Assembly: GCA_014727915.1 (NCBI GenBank)
Contig: WJMO01000005.1
Location: 160,001-224,000 of the forward strand
Source of the DNA: Candidatus Altiarchaeales archaeon
GTDB lineage: Archaea; Altiarchaeota; Altiarchaeia; IMC4; SCGC-AAA252-I15
Length of the DNA stretch: 64,000 bases
Direction: 5' to 3'
In this document: positions 10,929 to 20,641 of the stretch, one piece after another
Numbering within the stretch: the first letter of the stretch is position 1
How the letters are laid out: each line of letters opens with the position of its first letter
The notes under the pieces: model-generated
Databases searched by the model: none
Told to the model about the DNA's origin: nothing
What the model saw: only the letters and a program-made list of their open reading frames with translations
Program-made: the position numbers and the translations under genes

Positions 10929-11288
10929 TCATGCGTTTATGGCCTTTAGGGTCTGGGGCCAGTCTTTGAATTCTATGGCCCTGTCGTCTATGTAGTAGAG
11001 GGCGTATGGTTTGTCCATTACCAGCTCGTCGTATGGTATGCCATGGAGTCTCAGCCACTTCTCCGTGACTTCGCGGTTTTCCTCTCCCCGGGCAGTGTGC
11101 AGTATTATGCGGTACTTGCCGTTCAATCTCCGGAGGTGATCCACCACCCTCTCCTTGGGCGGGCATAGCATGTATCTTCTCTTCTTCAGGTCTCCGTGGT
11201 CGCATCTCCGGCACTTCCTGAAGTCCGTCAGAACTCCGTCGATGTCTATGGCAAGCGATGCCCTAACCCCTGGCGGAAAGACGCTCAT
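10929..11288 (-). CDS. Small capless HAD phosphatase (capsule-biosynthesis-phosphatase-like)
   Basis: AIDIDGVL, ILHTAR, WLRLHGIPYDELVMDKP, YIDDRA. Confidence 0.85.
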   Translation of the reverse strand: MSVFPPGVRASLAIDIDGVLTDFRKCRRCDHGDLKKRRYMLCPPKERVVDHLRRLNGKYRIILHTARGEENREVTEKWLRLHGIPYDELVMDKPYALYYIDDRAIEFKDWPQTLKAINA

Positions 11289-11604
11289 AGGCCATAACCT
11301 CCGCTGCGAAACCCTTCCACGAACCTGAATCCTTTATGTAGCGTACTGGGCTCAAAGCTAGTGTGGCGTTGTTGTCCTCGTCTTCATCGGCTATCCTCCA
11401 CCTGTCACAGTGTATTATGCATATCTCGGGAAGGTTGTTCGAGGTGAGCTGAAAACCCATGCTCAAAAGCTTCTTGCATACGTTGCACTCCGGCGTTTCA
11501 TTCGCGCATCCGTGGATTTCAGTGTACATCCTATCGCACTCTTGGATGTGGCGCATAATCTCGTCCGCCACGTCCGCCTCCCTCATCAGCATGTTCAAAT
11601 CCAT
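11263..11604 (-). CDS. Hypothetical Cys-containing protein
   Basis: 113-aa ORF overlapping the HAD gene in an operon arrangement. Contains CxxC (PECNVCK). Confidence 0.55.
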   Translation of the reverse strand: MDLNMLMREADVADEIMRHIQECDRMYTEIHGCANETPECNVCKKLLSMGFQLTSNNLPEICIIHCDRWRIADEDEDNNATLALSPVRYIKDSGSWKGFAAEVMAYERLSARG

Positions 11605-11720
11605 AGTGGATCCCCCTCAGATCAGACGTTTTATGCTGCGGTCTTCACAGCTTGCCTTTACATTCTCATATTGCATGTCCCTAAGAATAAGAAATAGGTT
11701 AAAATAGTGTCAATCAAGGG

Positions 11721-14700
11721 CTATAATGATGTCATCTTCGTCCTTGCCTTCTTCGGCAGCTTGACGTGGATCGTGGTTCCAGACCTGTACCTGCTCTTGA
11801 CCTCTATCTCCCCTCCGTGCATCTCAACTATCCTTGCGCATATGGCCAGGCCCAATCCAGCACCCTTGTACCTCCGCTGTATGCTCGAGTCGACCTGGTA
11901 GAACCTCTTGAATATCTTGTCCATTTCATCCTTTCTTATGCCGATCCCGGAATCCGAGACCGCTATCATGACCTGCTCCTGTGTTTCCTTGGCCGATACC
12001 TTCACATGGCCTCCGGATTCGGTGAATTTAAGCGCGTTATCCATGAGATTCACGAGCAGCTGCTTGATCCTGCTCCTATCGCCCGTCAACCATGTTCCGG
12101 GCTTCACATTGGACTCCAGCAGGACTCCCTTGTCGGAGGCGATCTTTTCCATGTCCTCCACGACTTCCTTGACGAGCTTGTTAAGCAGGAACTTACGCCT
12201 TGTCAGCTTGACATCTCCTGCTTCCATCTTGGTCAGGTCCAGTATGTTGTTCACCAGCTTGTCAAGGTGCTCTACGTTCTCGTTTATCCTGTATACTCTG
12301 TTCTTCTGATTCTTGTTCAAACCCCCCAAGGACTCTGAACGTAGTATGTCAGCGTATCCCTTGATTATCGCCAGCGGCGTTCGCAGCTCGTGGGAGGCTA
12401 TCGACAGGAACTCGGTCTTCATCCTGTCCAGCTGGCGCAGCTCCAGGTTGGCCTCCAAAAGGCGCTCGTAGTTCTCCCGGAGCTTTTCCTTCATGGTCTC
12501 CCTGTTCGTGACGTCCCGGAAGACATAGATCACGCTCTCGATCTCTCCGTCGGAGAATATGGGATACGCCTTCGTCTCATGGTATACCCTCTTTCCCTTC
12601 TTCTGGTGGTAGTGTACGGACTCTGCTGGTCTCCTGCTCTTCAGAACTTCACGGACCACGCATTTTTTGCATGTCCTCCTGAACTTGTGTATTATGTCGT
12701 AGCATTTCCTCCCCTTCAAATCCGTCTTCGGCTTCCCCACCCATTCCCTGAATGCCCTGTTGTAGCTGACTATGTTATAGCGCCTGTCCAGGACGACAAG
12801 CGACTCGCTTATGCTGTCCAAGACCGTCTCAAGATGCGTTTTGATGTTCAATATATCCTCTTCTGCCTTTTTACGGTCCGTTATGTCCCTTCCCACTGCC
12901 TGTATCTCAACCGTATCCCCCCTCTCGTCCTTGATGGCGTAGTCCTCCCATCCTATCCACCGCCATCCATCAGCGGTCTTGGCCCTCTGCTCGATATAGA
13001 CCCTATGGGGTGGGAACTCCAGCTTCTTCATCTCCTCCAGGGTCGCTGGCAGGTCGTCCTTGTGGACCAATGGCATGAAGGTCTTGCCGAGCAGCTGATT
13101 TCTCCTCTTGCCGAACTTCCTGCAATAGGCGTCGTTGACGAACGTGAACCTGCCCTCAGCGTCCACCCTGACTACCAGGTCCTTCTGGGACTCAACGAGC
13201 CCCCTGTACCTTTTCTCGCTCTCGCGCAGCACCTCCTCCATCCTCTTCCACTCTGTTATGTCGGTTACTATCCCCATTATGGCCTTCCGACCCCCATAGT
13301 CGATGAGCTTGGTGGTTATCAGCGCATGGATCCTCCTGCCTTTCTTTGTGACGAGCAGGTACTCGTATGGGTCCAGATCATTCCCCCTATGATGCTTCTT
13401 CAGGTTTTCGGATATTAGTCTCCTGGACTCCGGAGCGATTATGCTCATGAGGTCGAAGCCAGGGGAGTAGAACTCCTTTCGCGTGTATCCCATCGTCCTC
13501 TGGCATTCCATGTTGGCGTATACGATCCTCCCCCCGGAGTTTATGAATATCATGTTCGGAGACTGTTCGGCTAGGCTCCTGAACTTCTCCTCGCTCTCCT
13601 TGAGCTTTTCCTGCATCCTCATGCTCTCGGTTATGTCCCTGATTATGGTGATTACCATCTTAACGTCCTTGCCTTTGAAGATTGGTATCTTCCTGGTTTC
13701 GGTGATGAACTCTGTTCCTCTGACCTTGGTCCTCTCATGTGTTATCATCGGTTTTTTCCGCCTGAAAACCTTCCTGTATTCGTCCTCCACCTTTGGGGGT
13801 AGGAATGGAAAGACGTCGAATACGTTCTTACCTATCACGTCCGTCTTGAGGCCCAGCCTCCTGTTCCATTCCTTGAAGCTATGGTTCAAGAGCACTATGT
13901 TCATGTCCCGGTCGATCACATGGATTGAATCGCCTATTGAGTCTATGGTGGTCCGATATCTCCGCTCACTCTCTTTCAATGCCTCCTCGAACCTCTTCTG
14001 CTCTGTTATGTCCCTAATCACGGCCTGGTGTGCGGGTTCTCCGTCGTATTTTATGGGCGTCAGGGAGACTTCCACGTCTATAATGCTCCCATCCGCTCTG
14101 AGGAGCCTCTCCTCTATGCCCTTTTGCATTTCAAAGCCTTCGCTTTGGGATTTTCTGATCCTGTCCTTGACGTGCCTATGGTAGTCTGGATGCACGAAAT
14201 CGAGAATGCTCTTGCCTAAGAACTCCTCCCTCCTCCTCAACCCGAAGAGCCTCATGCAGGCTTTGTTGGCGTATCTCACTACCCCCTTTGAGTGCACGGA
14301 TATGGCGACCGGCGAGTTCTCCACCATCTTCCTGTACCTCTCTTTGCTCTCCTCAAGGCTGCGCTCTGCTTCCTTACCCTCTGTTATGTCCATGACGGTG
14401 AACACCATGCCCTTGGAGAGGTCCTTGATGTCGAAGGCAGAGGAACTTGTGTAGACGTCTATCAAGCTGCCGTCCTTCCGCTTCCACCTGGTCTCGATCC
14501 CGCCCCGGCCCTTCCTCTTGATTTGGGGAAACTTGACACGTGCCACGCGGTCGTATTCCTCCTTGCTGTCATACAATCTCCGGGCTTCCATGCCCGCCAG
14601 CTCGCTCTCAGAGTACCCGGTTATCTCGCATACCCGCGTGTTCACGGACTTTATGGTCCTGTTCTGGATCACGCCTATCCCAATGGGTGCTGCTTTCAGT

Positions 14701-15128
14701 ATTGTGGAAAGTGTCGACTTGCTCTCCTCAAGAGCTGCATCCGAAATCTTTCTCTCTGTTATGTCGTGGGCGACTCCTATCTCCCCCACCACCTTACCAT
14801 CAGAGTATACCGGTGATGCGTTAACCTCCAAAAGATGTTTCTTACCTTCTTTGCTTATCACGCACGTCTCATAGGTGGGTATCTTCTCGCCTCTGAGACG
14901 GCTTTTGTAGTTCTCGAGCGTCTTTTCAAGATAATCGGGGTCTATGATGTCTCTTAGGTTGGTCTCCAATGATTCCTTTCTACTGTATCCCAGGACTTTC
15001 CGGGCGGCGCTGTTGACGTAGGTTATGTTCCCCTCAGTATCGATCTGGTATATGATATCCTTCAGGTTATCAAAGGCCGAGAGTAGCTCCCTGACGGGAA
15101 GTTTCGCTTCTCCATCTGAATTCTTCAT
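11721..15128 (-). CDS. Cytoplasmic histidine kinase with seven PAS/PAC domains
   Basis: Seven repeats ending DITE/DITD/DVTN. H-box SHELRTPL, N-box NLMDNALKFT, DSGIGI, GAGLGLAI. No transmembrane segment. Confidence 0.95.
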   Translation of the reverse strand: MKNSDGEAKLPVRELLSAFDNLKDIIYQIDTEGNITYVNSAARKVLGYSRKESLETNLRDIIDPDYLEKTLENYKSRLRGEKIPTYETCVISKEGKKHLLEVNASPVYSDGKVVGEIGVAHDITERKISDAALEESKSTLSTILKAAPIGIGVIQNRTIKSVNTRVCEITGYSESELAGMEARRLYDSKEEYDRVARVKFPQIKRKGRGGIETRWKRKDGSLIDVYTSSSAFDIKDLSKGMVFTVMDITEGKEAERSLEESKERYRKMVENSPVAISVHSKGVVRYANKACMRLFGLRRREEFLGKSILDFVHPDYHRHVKDRIRKSQSEGFEMQKGIEERLLRADGSIIDVEVSLTPIKYDGEPAHQAVIRDITEQKRFEEALKESERRYRTTIDSIGDSIHVIDRDMNIVLLNHSFKEWNRRLGLKTDVIGKNVFDVFPFLPPKVEDEYRKVFRRKKPMITHERTKVRGTEFITETRKIPIFKGKDVKMVITIIRDITESMRMQEKLKESEEKFRSLAEQSPNMIFINSGGRIVYANMECQRTMGYTRKEFYSPGFDLMSIIAPESRRLISENLKKHHRGNDLDPYEYLLVTKKGRRIHALITTKLIDYGGRKAIMGIVTDITEWKRMEEVLRESEKRYRGLVESQKDLVVRVDAEGRFTFVNDAYCRKFGKRRNQLLGKTFMPLVHKDDLPATLEEMKKLEFPPHRVYIEQRAKTADGWRWIGWEDYAIKDERGDTVEIQAVGRDITDRKKAEEDILNIKTHLETVLDSISESLVVLDRRYNIVSYNRAFREWVGKPKTDLKGRKCYDIIHKFRRTCKKCVVREVLKSRRPAESVHYHQKKGKRVYHETKAYPIFSDGEIESVIYVFRDVTNRETMKEKLRENYERLLEANLELRQLDRMKTEFLSIASHELRTPLAIIKGYADILRSESLGGLNKNQKNRVYRINENVEHLDKLVNNILDLTKMEAGDVKLTRRKFLLNKLVKEVVEDMEKIASDKGVLLESNVKPGTWLTGDRSRIKQLLVNLMDNALKFTESGGHVKVSAKETQEQVMIAVSDSGIGIRKDEMDKIFKRFYQVDSSIQRRYKGAGLGLAICARIVEMHGGEIEVKSRYRSGTTIHVKLPKKARTKMTSL

Positions 15129-15499
15129 CCTCTAAGCGCCTTCTGCACTCTTTTAACCAGCTTCTCCTTGTCAAATGGTTTTGTGATGTAGTCGAAGACC
15201 ACGTCCTGAAGCCCGAATATCTCCACACCAGGGCCTTTTTCCACGGTTAGGATTATCACATTGGTCCTGTCCGTGATCCTATTCTCCTTTAGCTTCCTCA
15301 GCGTTTTCCACCCGTCCATCTCCGGCATCCTTATGTCCAATAGGATCAGGTCAAACCCGCCTCCAGACGCTTTCTCAAGACACTCCAACCCACTATATGC
15401 AGTTTCAACTTCAAAACCGGCCTGGGCGAGGATTATCCTCAATATGTCGACCATGTCCGGTTCATCGTCCACAACCAATATCTTAGCCGTTTTCACCAC
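15125..15499 (-). CDS. Stand-alone response regulator (REC domain)
   Basis: ILVVDDE, LLDIRMPEMDG, YITKPF. Confidence 0.95.
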   Translation of the reverse strand: MVKTAKILVVDDEPDMVDILRIILAQAGFEVETAYSGLECLEKASGGGFDLILLDIRMPEMDGWKTLRKLKENRITDRTNVIILTVEKGPGVEIFGLQDVVFDYITKPFDKEKLVKRVQKALRG

Positions 15500-16976
15500 C
15501 TCTACTGCTGGCCGGGCTCCTGACCAAAGCCCTTCCCTTCTCTGTGACCTCTAGGAACTTGTACCTCCCCTGGTTCAGTATCCTCAATAACCCCTTATCC
15601 TCCAAATCGTATATCCTCTTCCTTGCTGTCGTCTTCGTTATCTCGAACTTGCGCGTTACGCTCTTGAACGAGGGAGTCCTCCTCCTGGTGTTCTCGCTGT
15701 AAACAAATAGTAATACTGAATATAAAGGCTCCCCCAACGTCACCTTCTCCACGTTCGTAAGGTCTTCCAGCTCCTGCAACAGCAGCGCGACCTCCTCCCT
15801 TGACAGCGTGCCCGAGTCTAGGGATACCATGAGTATGCATTTGCTGGACATTATTATGTCGTTGAGGTCGTGTATCATCCTCAACACGGTGTTGAAGTCG
15901 TTTTCGGTTATCAGATAGTCCAGCCTCTGTATCAGTATGATGGAATCAGTGTCGAACTTTATGAAGTCCTTTATGATGTAGACTATCCTGTCTATGTCTC
16001 TCGGCTTAACGGTCTTCTCGTCCGTTTTGCTGTTCGTCATCCAAAGTATCGGTGTCGTATTAAGGCGGTAGTCCTGCCTTATCCTGCTTGGCTGGGCCCT
16101 TGTTATGAGAAGTCCGTGGTGGTTGTGCGTGACATAGTCCGCGAATATGTCTGTGCTATGGGAGGGGCTCTCCTCCTGTATCAGGTAGCTGTATCCCCTC
16201 TTCAGCCTGTACTTCATGGGCTTATTCCTCTCCGACCGCTCATCCGAGGGTATGAGGTGCACGCCCCTCGCCTGAGCCTCCAATATGAGCATGACAACGG
16301 TTATCGATAGGAGGACCGTCGCAAACAGCTGTATCAATATTCCCATGAACCTTAGGCTGTACTTCATTGACAGCTCCACGCCCTTTATGTAGACATAGTT
16401 CCTTAGAAAGGGGTCTGCGAGCAGTAGTATGGAACCTATCCTGGCACTGGTGTAAGCCAGCATCTGCTGCCTTGGTATGTAATTCTGGGTTAGCTTCCCT
16501 ATAGCCAGGAATATGAGTATCAGGGACGTTACCGAGAGGTTGTATGCTGTCAGGTGCAGGAATTCAGCGTGTGTCGTTTTTCCTGCGATGGTGCTGGCAA
16601 GCGGAGCTAAAATCCCGATAAAAACAAGCAACTGTATGGTCTGTTTGGTCCTGCCAAGCTGTATCTTCTGGAAGTTCATGAGCTGGAGGGACGCGTAGGC
16701 CGCGATCACCAACCCTGTGAGGAGGAGTGTGGTTGCTATGATCTGGTTTTCGACTATCGTGTTCCCATGTTCCCAGTAGTCGAATGCCGTTAGCACAGGG
16801 TACGCGACCGCCAGCAAAGTCGCTATTATGTATAATGCCCACTTCGTCCGGAACCTCGTGTAGTGTTCAATGCAGTATGATAGTATTGCGAGCGATATCA
16901 GGGGGAAAGCCCATGTTATGAATCCGAGGATGTTGGTAACGTTGATGATAAGAGACCATTCACTGACGGGGGACAT
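15483..16976 (-). CDS. Membrane protein with DUF835 domain and C-terminal winged HTH
   Basis: About 7 hydrophobic helices; DUF835 motifs GYSYLIQEE, GLLITR, PILWMT, LDYLITENDF; wHTH TPSFKSVTRKFEITKTTARKRIYDLEDKGLL. Confidence 0.85.
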   Translation of the reverse strand: MSPVSEWSLIINVTNILGFITWAFPLISLAILSYCIEHYTRFRTKWALYIIATLLAVAYPVLTAFDYWEHGNTIVENQIIATTLLLTGLVIAAYASLQLMNFQKIQLGRTKQTIQLLVFIGILAPLASTIAGKTTHAEFLHLTAYNLSVTSLILIFLAIGKLTQNYIPRQQMLAYTSARIGSILLLADPFLRNYVYIKGVELSMKYSLRFMGILIQLFATVLLSITVVMLILEAQARGVHLIPSDERSERNKPMKYRLKRGYSYLIQEESPSHSTDIFADYVTHNHHGLLITRAQPSRIRQDYRLNTTPILWMTNSKTDEKTVKPRDIDRIVYIIKDFIKFDTDSIILIQRLDYLITENDFNTVLRMIHDLNDIIMSSKCILMVSLDSGTLSREEVALLLQELEDLTNVEKVTLGEPLYSVLLFVYSENTRRRTPSFKSVTRKFEITKTTARKRIYDLEDKGLLRILNQGRYKFLEVTEKGRALVRSPASSRGGENG

Positions 16977-17077
16977 GCACCAACCACCTCCGGTAATAAC
17001 TTTAGAAGCAAGCTTATAAATAGAAGCCAGATATTCCTATCTTGGCCCTGAACCTATTTTATCACTGTGAAACAGTA

Positions 17078-18157
17078 CTAGTCTTTGAATCTGCCCCTCT
17101 GCTGCCAGTATTCCTCCACCACCCACCGGTCTCCGAGGAAGATCTTCAAACTATCTCTTTTTAGCGCTTCCGGGTCTATGGAACCTACATCATCCCGGAT
17201 AGCGACAACTCCCCGGACTGCCCTCTCGCATGTCCTAAAGTCGCATCCTCCTACCTTGATGGCAGGTTCCTCCACTTTTTCCGGCATGTAAGCTCCCATC
17301 AGGGAACCCAGCCGGTCTCTTGCCCTGTTACGTACAATGATCTGGCCTGTTGTCATGTTATGCCCAACGTTATCCCTGGCATTATCTACTATCACCTTGG
17401 CCCCGTTCAGCTCCTCGCCCAACCGGTCTTCCGCGTCCCCGTTGACGAGTGTTATCTCCCCCGATCTGGCGGCCATCGCGAAACAGTCCCCGACACTGCC
17501 GTTGACTTTTATGTTCTTCCCGTGGGATGCGAAGCAAAGGTGGTTCAGTCCAGTGAATGCTGTGAGGTCAAGTGTCAGGTCCTTATCGGACGACCTCTCC
17601 AACAAACCGGACAGGAAGAGTCCTGCGCTGCTCCCGAAGTGCGGGTCCGTCCTGTCAGGGTGCGGCTTCAACACCCGTGTGGTGAAAGCCTGTATGGTCT
17701 CATTGTGCAGTTTCGGAAGCTGCTCCCACACAGGCCTTGTCACGGCGTCTATGCCTGGGCTTAGAGTTCCCGTAACACCCTGCGGGAACTCGGCCTTAAC
17801 GGTCTTCATGAACTCGCTGAAACGCGCTCTAAGCTCGCCTAAGACTGCCTCGCCTTCAAGGTCGTAGGTGAACAGCTTTCCCTCCCCGCCGACTGCGATG
17901 AGGGTGTGCCCCAGTCCCTTGATGACGCCGGGGTTGCTCAGGTCCGAGACGGTCAACCCCGTTTTCACCGGGCTGTTCTCCTGAAGCTCCAGTATCTCTG
18001 GGGTGTGGGTTTTTGCCGCGCCCAGCGGCGGGGCTTCGTCCTCCCTCCCCTGTATGTGCGCGGTCTTACCCTCTACAGTGAATGACACAGGCTGCGGGAG
18101 GCCGTCGTCTCCGATATAGTACCCTCTTATCTTGGGTTTCCCAACAGCGCCGGGCAT
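17078..18157 (-). CDS. Hypothetical protein with GltB/FwdC-like GXGXG beta-helix
   Basis: Repeats IKVNGSVGD, TLVNGDAEDRLG, VDNARDNVGHNMTTGQIIV. Confidence 0.65.
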   Translation of the reverse strand: MPGAVGKPKIRGYYIGDDGLPQPVSFTVEGKTAHIQGREDEAPPLGAAKTHTPEILELQENSPVKTGLTVSDLSNPGVIKGLGHTLIAVGGEGKLFTYDLEGEAVLGELRARFSEFMKTVKAEFPQGVTGTLSPGIDAVTRPVWEQLPKLHNETIQAFTTRVLKPHPDRTDPHFGSSAGLFLSGLLERSSDKDLTLDLTAFTGLNHLCFASHGKNIKVNGSVGDCFAMAARSGEITLVNGDAEDRLGEELNGAKVIVDNARDNVGHNMTTGQIIVRNRARDRLGSLMGAYMPEKVEEPAIKVGGCDFRTCERAVRGVVAIRDDVGSIDPEALKRDSLKIFLGDRWVVEEYWQQRGRFKD

Positions 18158-18180
18158 GTAAGATACTGGGAAGCCCTGGT

Positions 18181-19053
18181 TTAAATCGATTTAAAAACGT
18201 CCTCGAGGTACATCTGCAGGTAGTCCTTCCTCCCCTCCCCGGCCGCCTTTTGCTTGTACCCGTTCCTGCGAGCTATCTTGTCTAGTGTCTTCTGGGTGCC
18301 GCTACCGTACTGGGCGGCCTTCTTCAACCGGTTGACGATGTAGTCCGGGACTCCAGTCTTCAAACCCAGCTTCTTCAACGCATACTTCCGCGCGAACTTT
18401 CTCCCGTCGATCTCATCGCATACCATGTCTTCGGCGTCCTCTCTGATCTTCAAATCCAACGCCATCTTCCTGACGTATCCGCTGAAATCCTCGTTGAGGA
18501 ATGGCATCCTCAACTCCACACCGTTTGCGCGGCACATGCTCCGGTCCCGGTCCAGGTTGTCCGAGTCGGCGCTCTCACAGTCCCTGTCCATCCACGCTAT
18601 AACGGCTTCCTTCCCCTCACTGACCATCGACTCGAGGTACCTCCAGTATCCGCCGAAGAGCTCGTCTCCACCCTGTCCGCAGAGCATCAGCTTCAGCCCG
18701 TCCTCGCTTGCAGCCCTGGAGGCAGCGTAGAATGGTATTCCCACGCCAACGTCCAACGGGTTCGGCCTGCTCCACACCCTCAATATCTCCGGTATGAGCG
18801 ATTCAACGCATTCAACGGACAGTTCGACGTATTCTATCCTGAAAGGAGCCTTCTCCTCAACTCGGCGGGCGTATTCGAGGTCCTTGGAGCCCTCCAAACC
18901 CACAGTGTATGCCGTCACATCCGAGTATTCCGAGGCGGTGTAGGCGACCAGGGCGGAGTCCACCCCAGACGAGAAGATGACTCCCGTCCTCTCCTCGCAC
19001 ACATCCCTGACCGCATCCTTGAACAGCCTCTCCAGGCCTTCCAGCCACTCCAT
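18181..19053 (-). CDS. Asparagine synthase C-terminal (synthetase) domain protein
   Basis: FSSGVDSA, CGQGGDELFGGY, LRMPFL, KKAAQYGSG. No glutaminase domain. Confidence 0.85.
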   Translation of the reverse strand: MEWLEGLERLFKDAVRDVCEERTGVIFSSGVDSALVAYTASEYSDVTAYTVGLEGSKDLEYARRVEEKAPFRIEYVELSVECVESLIPEILRVWSRPNPLDVGVGIPFYAASRAASEDGLKLMLCGQGGDELFGGYWRYLESMVSEGKEAVIAWMDRDCESADSDNLDRDRSMCRANGVELRMPFLNEDFSGYVRKMALDLKIREDAEDMVCDEIDGRKFARKYALKKLGLKTGVPDYIVNRLKKAAQYGSGTQKTLDKIARRNGYKQKAAGEGRKDYLQMYLEDVFKSI

Positions 19054-19110
19054 ACCATACCATTATGTTTTGCTTCTTTTTTAACGGCTGGTTACCTAGT
19101 TCATGCAACT

Positions 19111-20361
19111 ATGGATTTCACCTTCCTCGGAGGAGCTCGTGAAGTCGGGAAATCGTCTGTTCTGATGCAATCCGACGGGTTGAACCTGGTCTTCGACTCG
19201 GGGATAAAGCTGACCGAGCCCCCCACATACCCCATGCCAACAGATCACGTGGACGCGGTGTTCCTCTCCCACGCTCACCTGGACCACTGCGGGAACATGC
19301 CCGCACTCCACAGCAGGCATAAGATGCCCGTCTACAGCACTGCAGTGTCATTCGAGCTGAGCCACATGCTACAGCATGACAGCATAAAGATAAACAAGCT
19401 TAAGGGCTATCCTCCCACCTACGCGGAGAAGGACATATCCCGGATGACGGCTGGCGAGATCCACGTCCAGCACGGGCGGGAGTACATCTTCCATGGGAAG
19501 GCGAAGTTCACATTCTACGATGCGGGCCACATACCCGGCAGCTCCGGGATACTGGTGGAGTCGGCTGGGAAGTCCGTGTTCTACACTGGGGACACGCACT
19601 CATCCGACACCCGGCTGCTGAACAAGGCAGTATATCCCGACCATGCGGATGTCGTCATATCCGAGTCAACCTATGGTGACAGGCTCCATCCCAGGCGCAT
19701 GGACGTTGAAAGGCAGTTCCTCGACGAGGTGGAGGAGACGTTGGAACGCGGTGGCGTCGCCCTTATACCCGTCTTTGCCATAGGCCGCACACAGGAGGTA
19801 CTCCTGCTCCTTGAGTCTCCGGATTGGACCGTCTACTTGGATGGGATGGCCCGGAAGGCCAGCCAGACTATACTCCGGTTCCCTGACATGCTGAAGAACC
19901 ACTATAAGCTCCAGGAGGCGGTGGACAACACGGTCTGGATCAAGAACCGCCGGGACAGGAAGAAGATATGCAAGGAGCCGTGCATAATCGTCACGACCGC
20001 AGGGATGCTTGAGGGCGGTCCGGTGTTGGACTATCTCTCGCACCTTCACAAGGACGCCAACAGCAACATCATGCTGACGGGCTACCAGGTGGAGGACACG
20101 AACGGCCGCCTGCTGGTGGAGAAGGGGTATGTGGTCGATGAGGAGTCGGGGCAGAGGTTCAACGTGGACATGAACATCAGCCAGTACGATTTCAGCGCCC
20201 ACAGCGACAAGGAAGAGCTGGCCAAGACCGTGAAGTCCATGGACCCCGAGGAGGTCTTCCTCATACACGGGGACGAGGACAGCGTCGAAGCGTTGAAGGG
20301 GGAGTTCGGCGAACGCAACGTTCATACCCCCGGCATAGGCGACAAAGTAAGAATAAATTGA
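19111..20361 (+). CDS. Beta-CASP MBL ribonuclease (aCPSF2-type)
   Basis: LGGAREVGKS, SHAHLDHCG, AGHIPGS, ESTYG, GRTQE, FSAHSD, LIHGD. Confidence 0.92.
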   Translation: MDFTFLGGAREVGKSSVLMQSDGLNLVFDSGIKLTEPPTYPMPTDHVDAVFLSHAHLDHCGNMPALHSRHKMPVYSTAVSFELSHMLQHDSIKINKLKGYPPTYAEKDISRMTAGEIHVQHGREYIFHGKAKFTFYDAGHIPGSSGILVESAGKSVFYTGDTHSSDTRLLNKAVYPDHADVVISESTYGDRLHPRRMDVERQFLDEVEETLERGGVALIPVFAIGRTQEVLLLLESPDWTVYLDGMARKASQTILRFPDMLKNHYKLQEAVDNTVWIKNRRDRKKICKEPCIIVTTAGMLEGGPVLDYLSHLHKDANSNIMLTGYQVEDTNGRLLVEKGYVVDEESGQRFNVDMNISQYDFSAHSDKEELAKTVKSMDPEEVFLIHGDEDSVEALKGEFGERNVHTPGIGDKVRIN

Positions 20362-20407
20362 ATAATTTTATAAATAATTATTAAAAAATACCAATAATTT
20401 ATAAATT
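20361..20407. terminator. AT-rich bidirectional terminator region between convergent genes
   Basis: Nearly pure A/T with self-complementary AATAATTT(T)ATAAAT repeats between two stop codons. Confidence 0.45.
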
Positions 20408-20640
20408 CACCTTTTTTCTTTTCGCATGATGTCTCTGCCCTCTCTTTCCTGATCGCGCTGTCTGAGGCGTCTCCTCTCAGTGTCTCTCATCCTGGCTTCC
20501 CTGTACTCCATCAGCAGGTCTTCGTCGCTCAGCTGGCTGGTGTCCTGTCCCAGTATCCTCTTCCCTGTCCTTATCTGCCTTGCTAGCTCCCTCTCATGCT
20601 CCTCGTTGGATGGGGGCCTCCGCCTCTTCGCTTTTTCCAT
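20407..20640 (-). CDS. Small charged hypothetical protein
   Basis: ATG (MEKAKRRR) lies immediately after the dcd stop codon; Arg/Glu-rich helix. Confidence 0.5.
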   Translation of the reverse strand: MEKAKRRRPPSNEEHERELARQIRTGKRILGQDTSQLSDEDLLMEYREARMRDTERRRLRQRDQEREGRDIMRKEKR

Positions 20641-20641
20641 C

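Noticed and set aside
20361-20407. AT-rich repeats as a CRISPR leader or MITE
   Set aside because: No repeat-spacer array or target-site duplication; the position between convergent stops fits termination.
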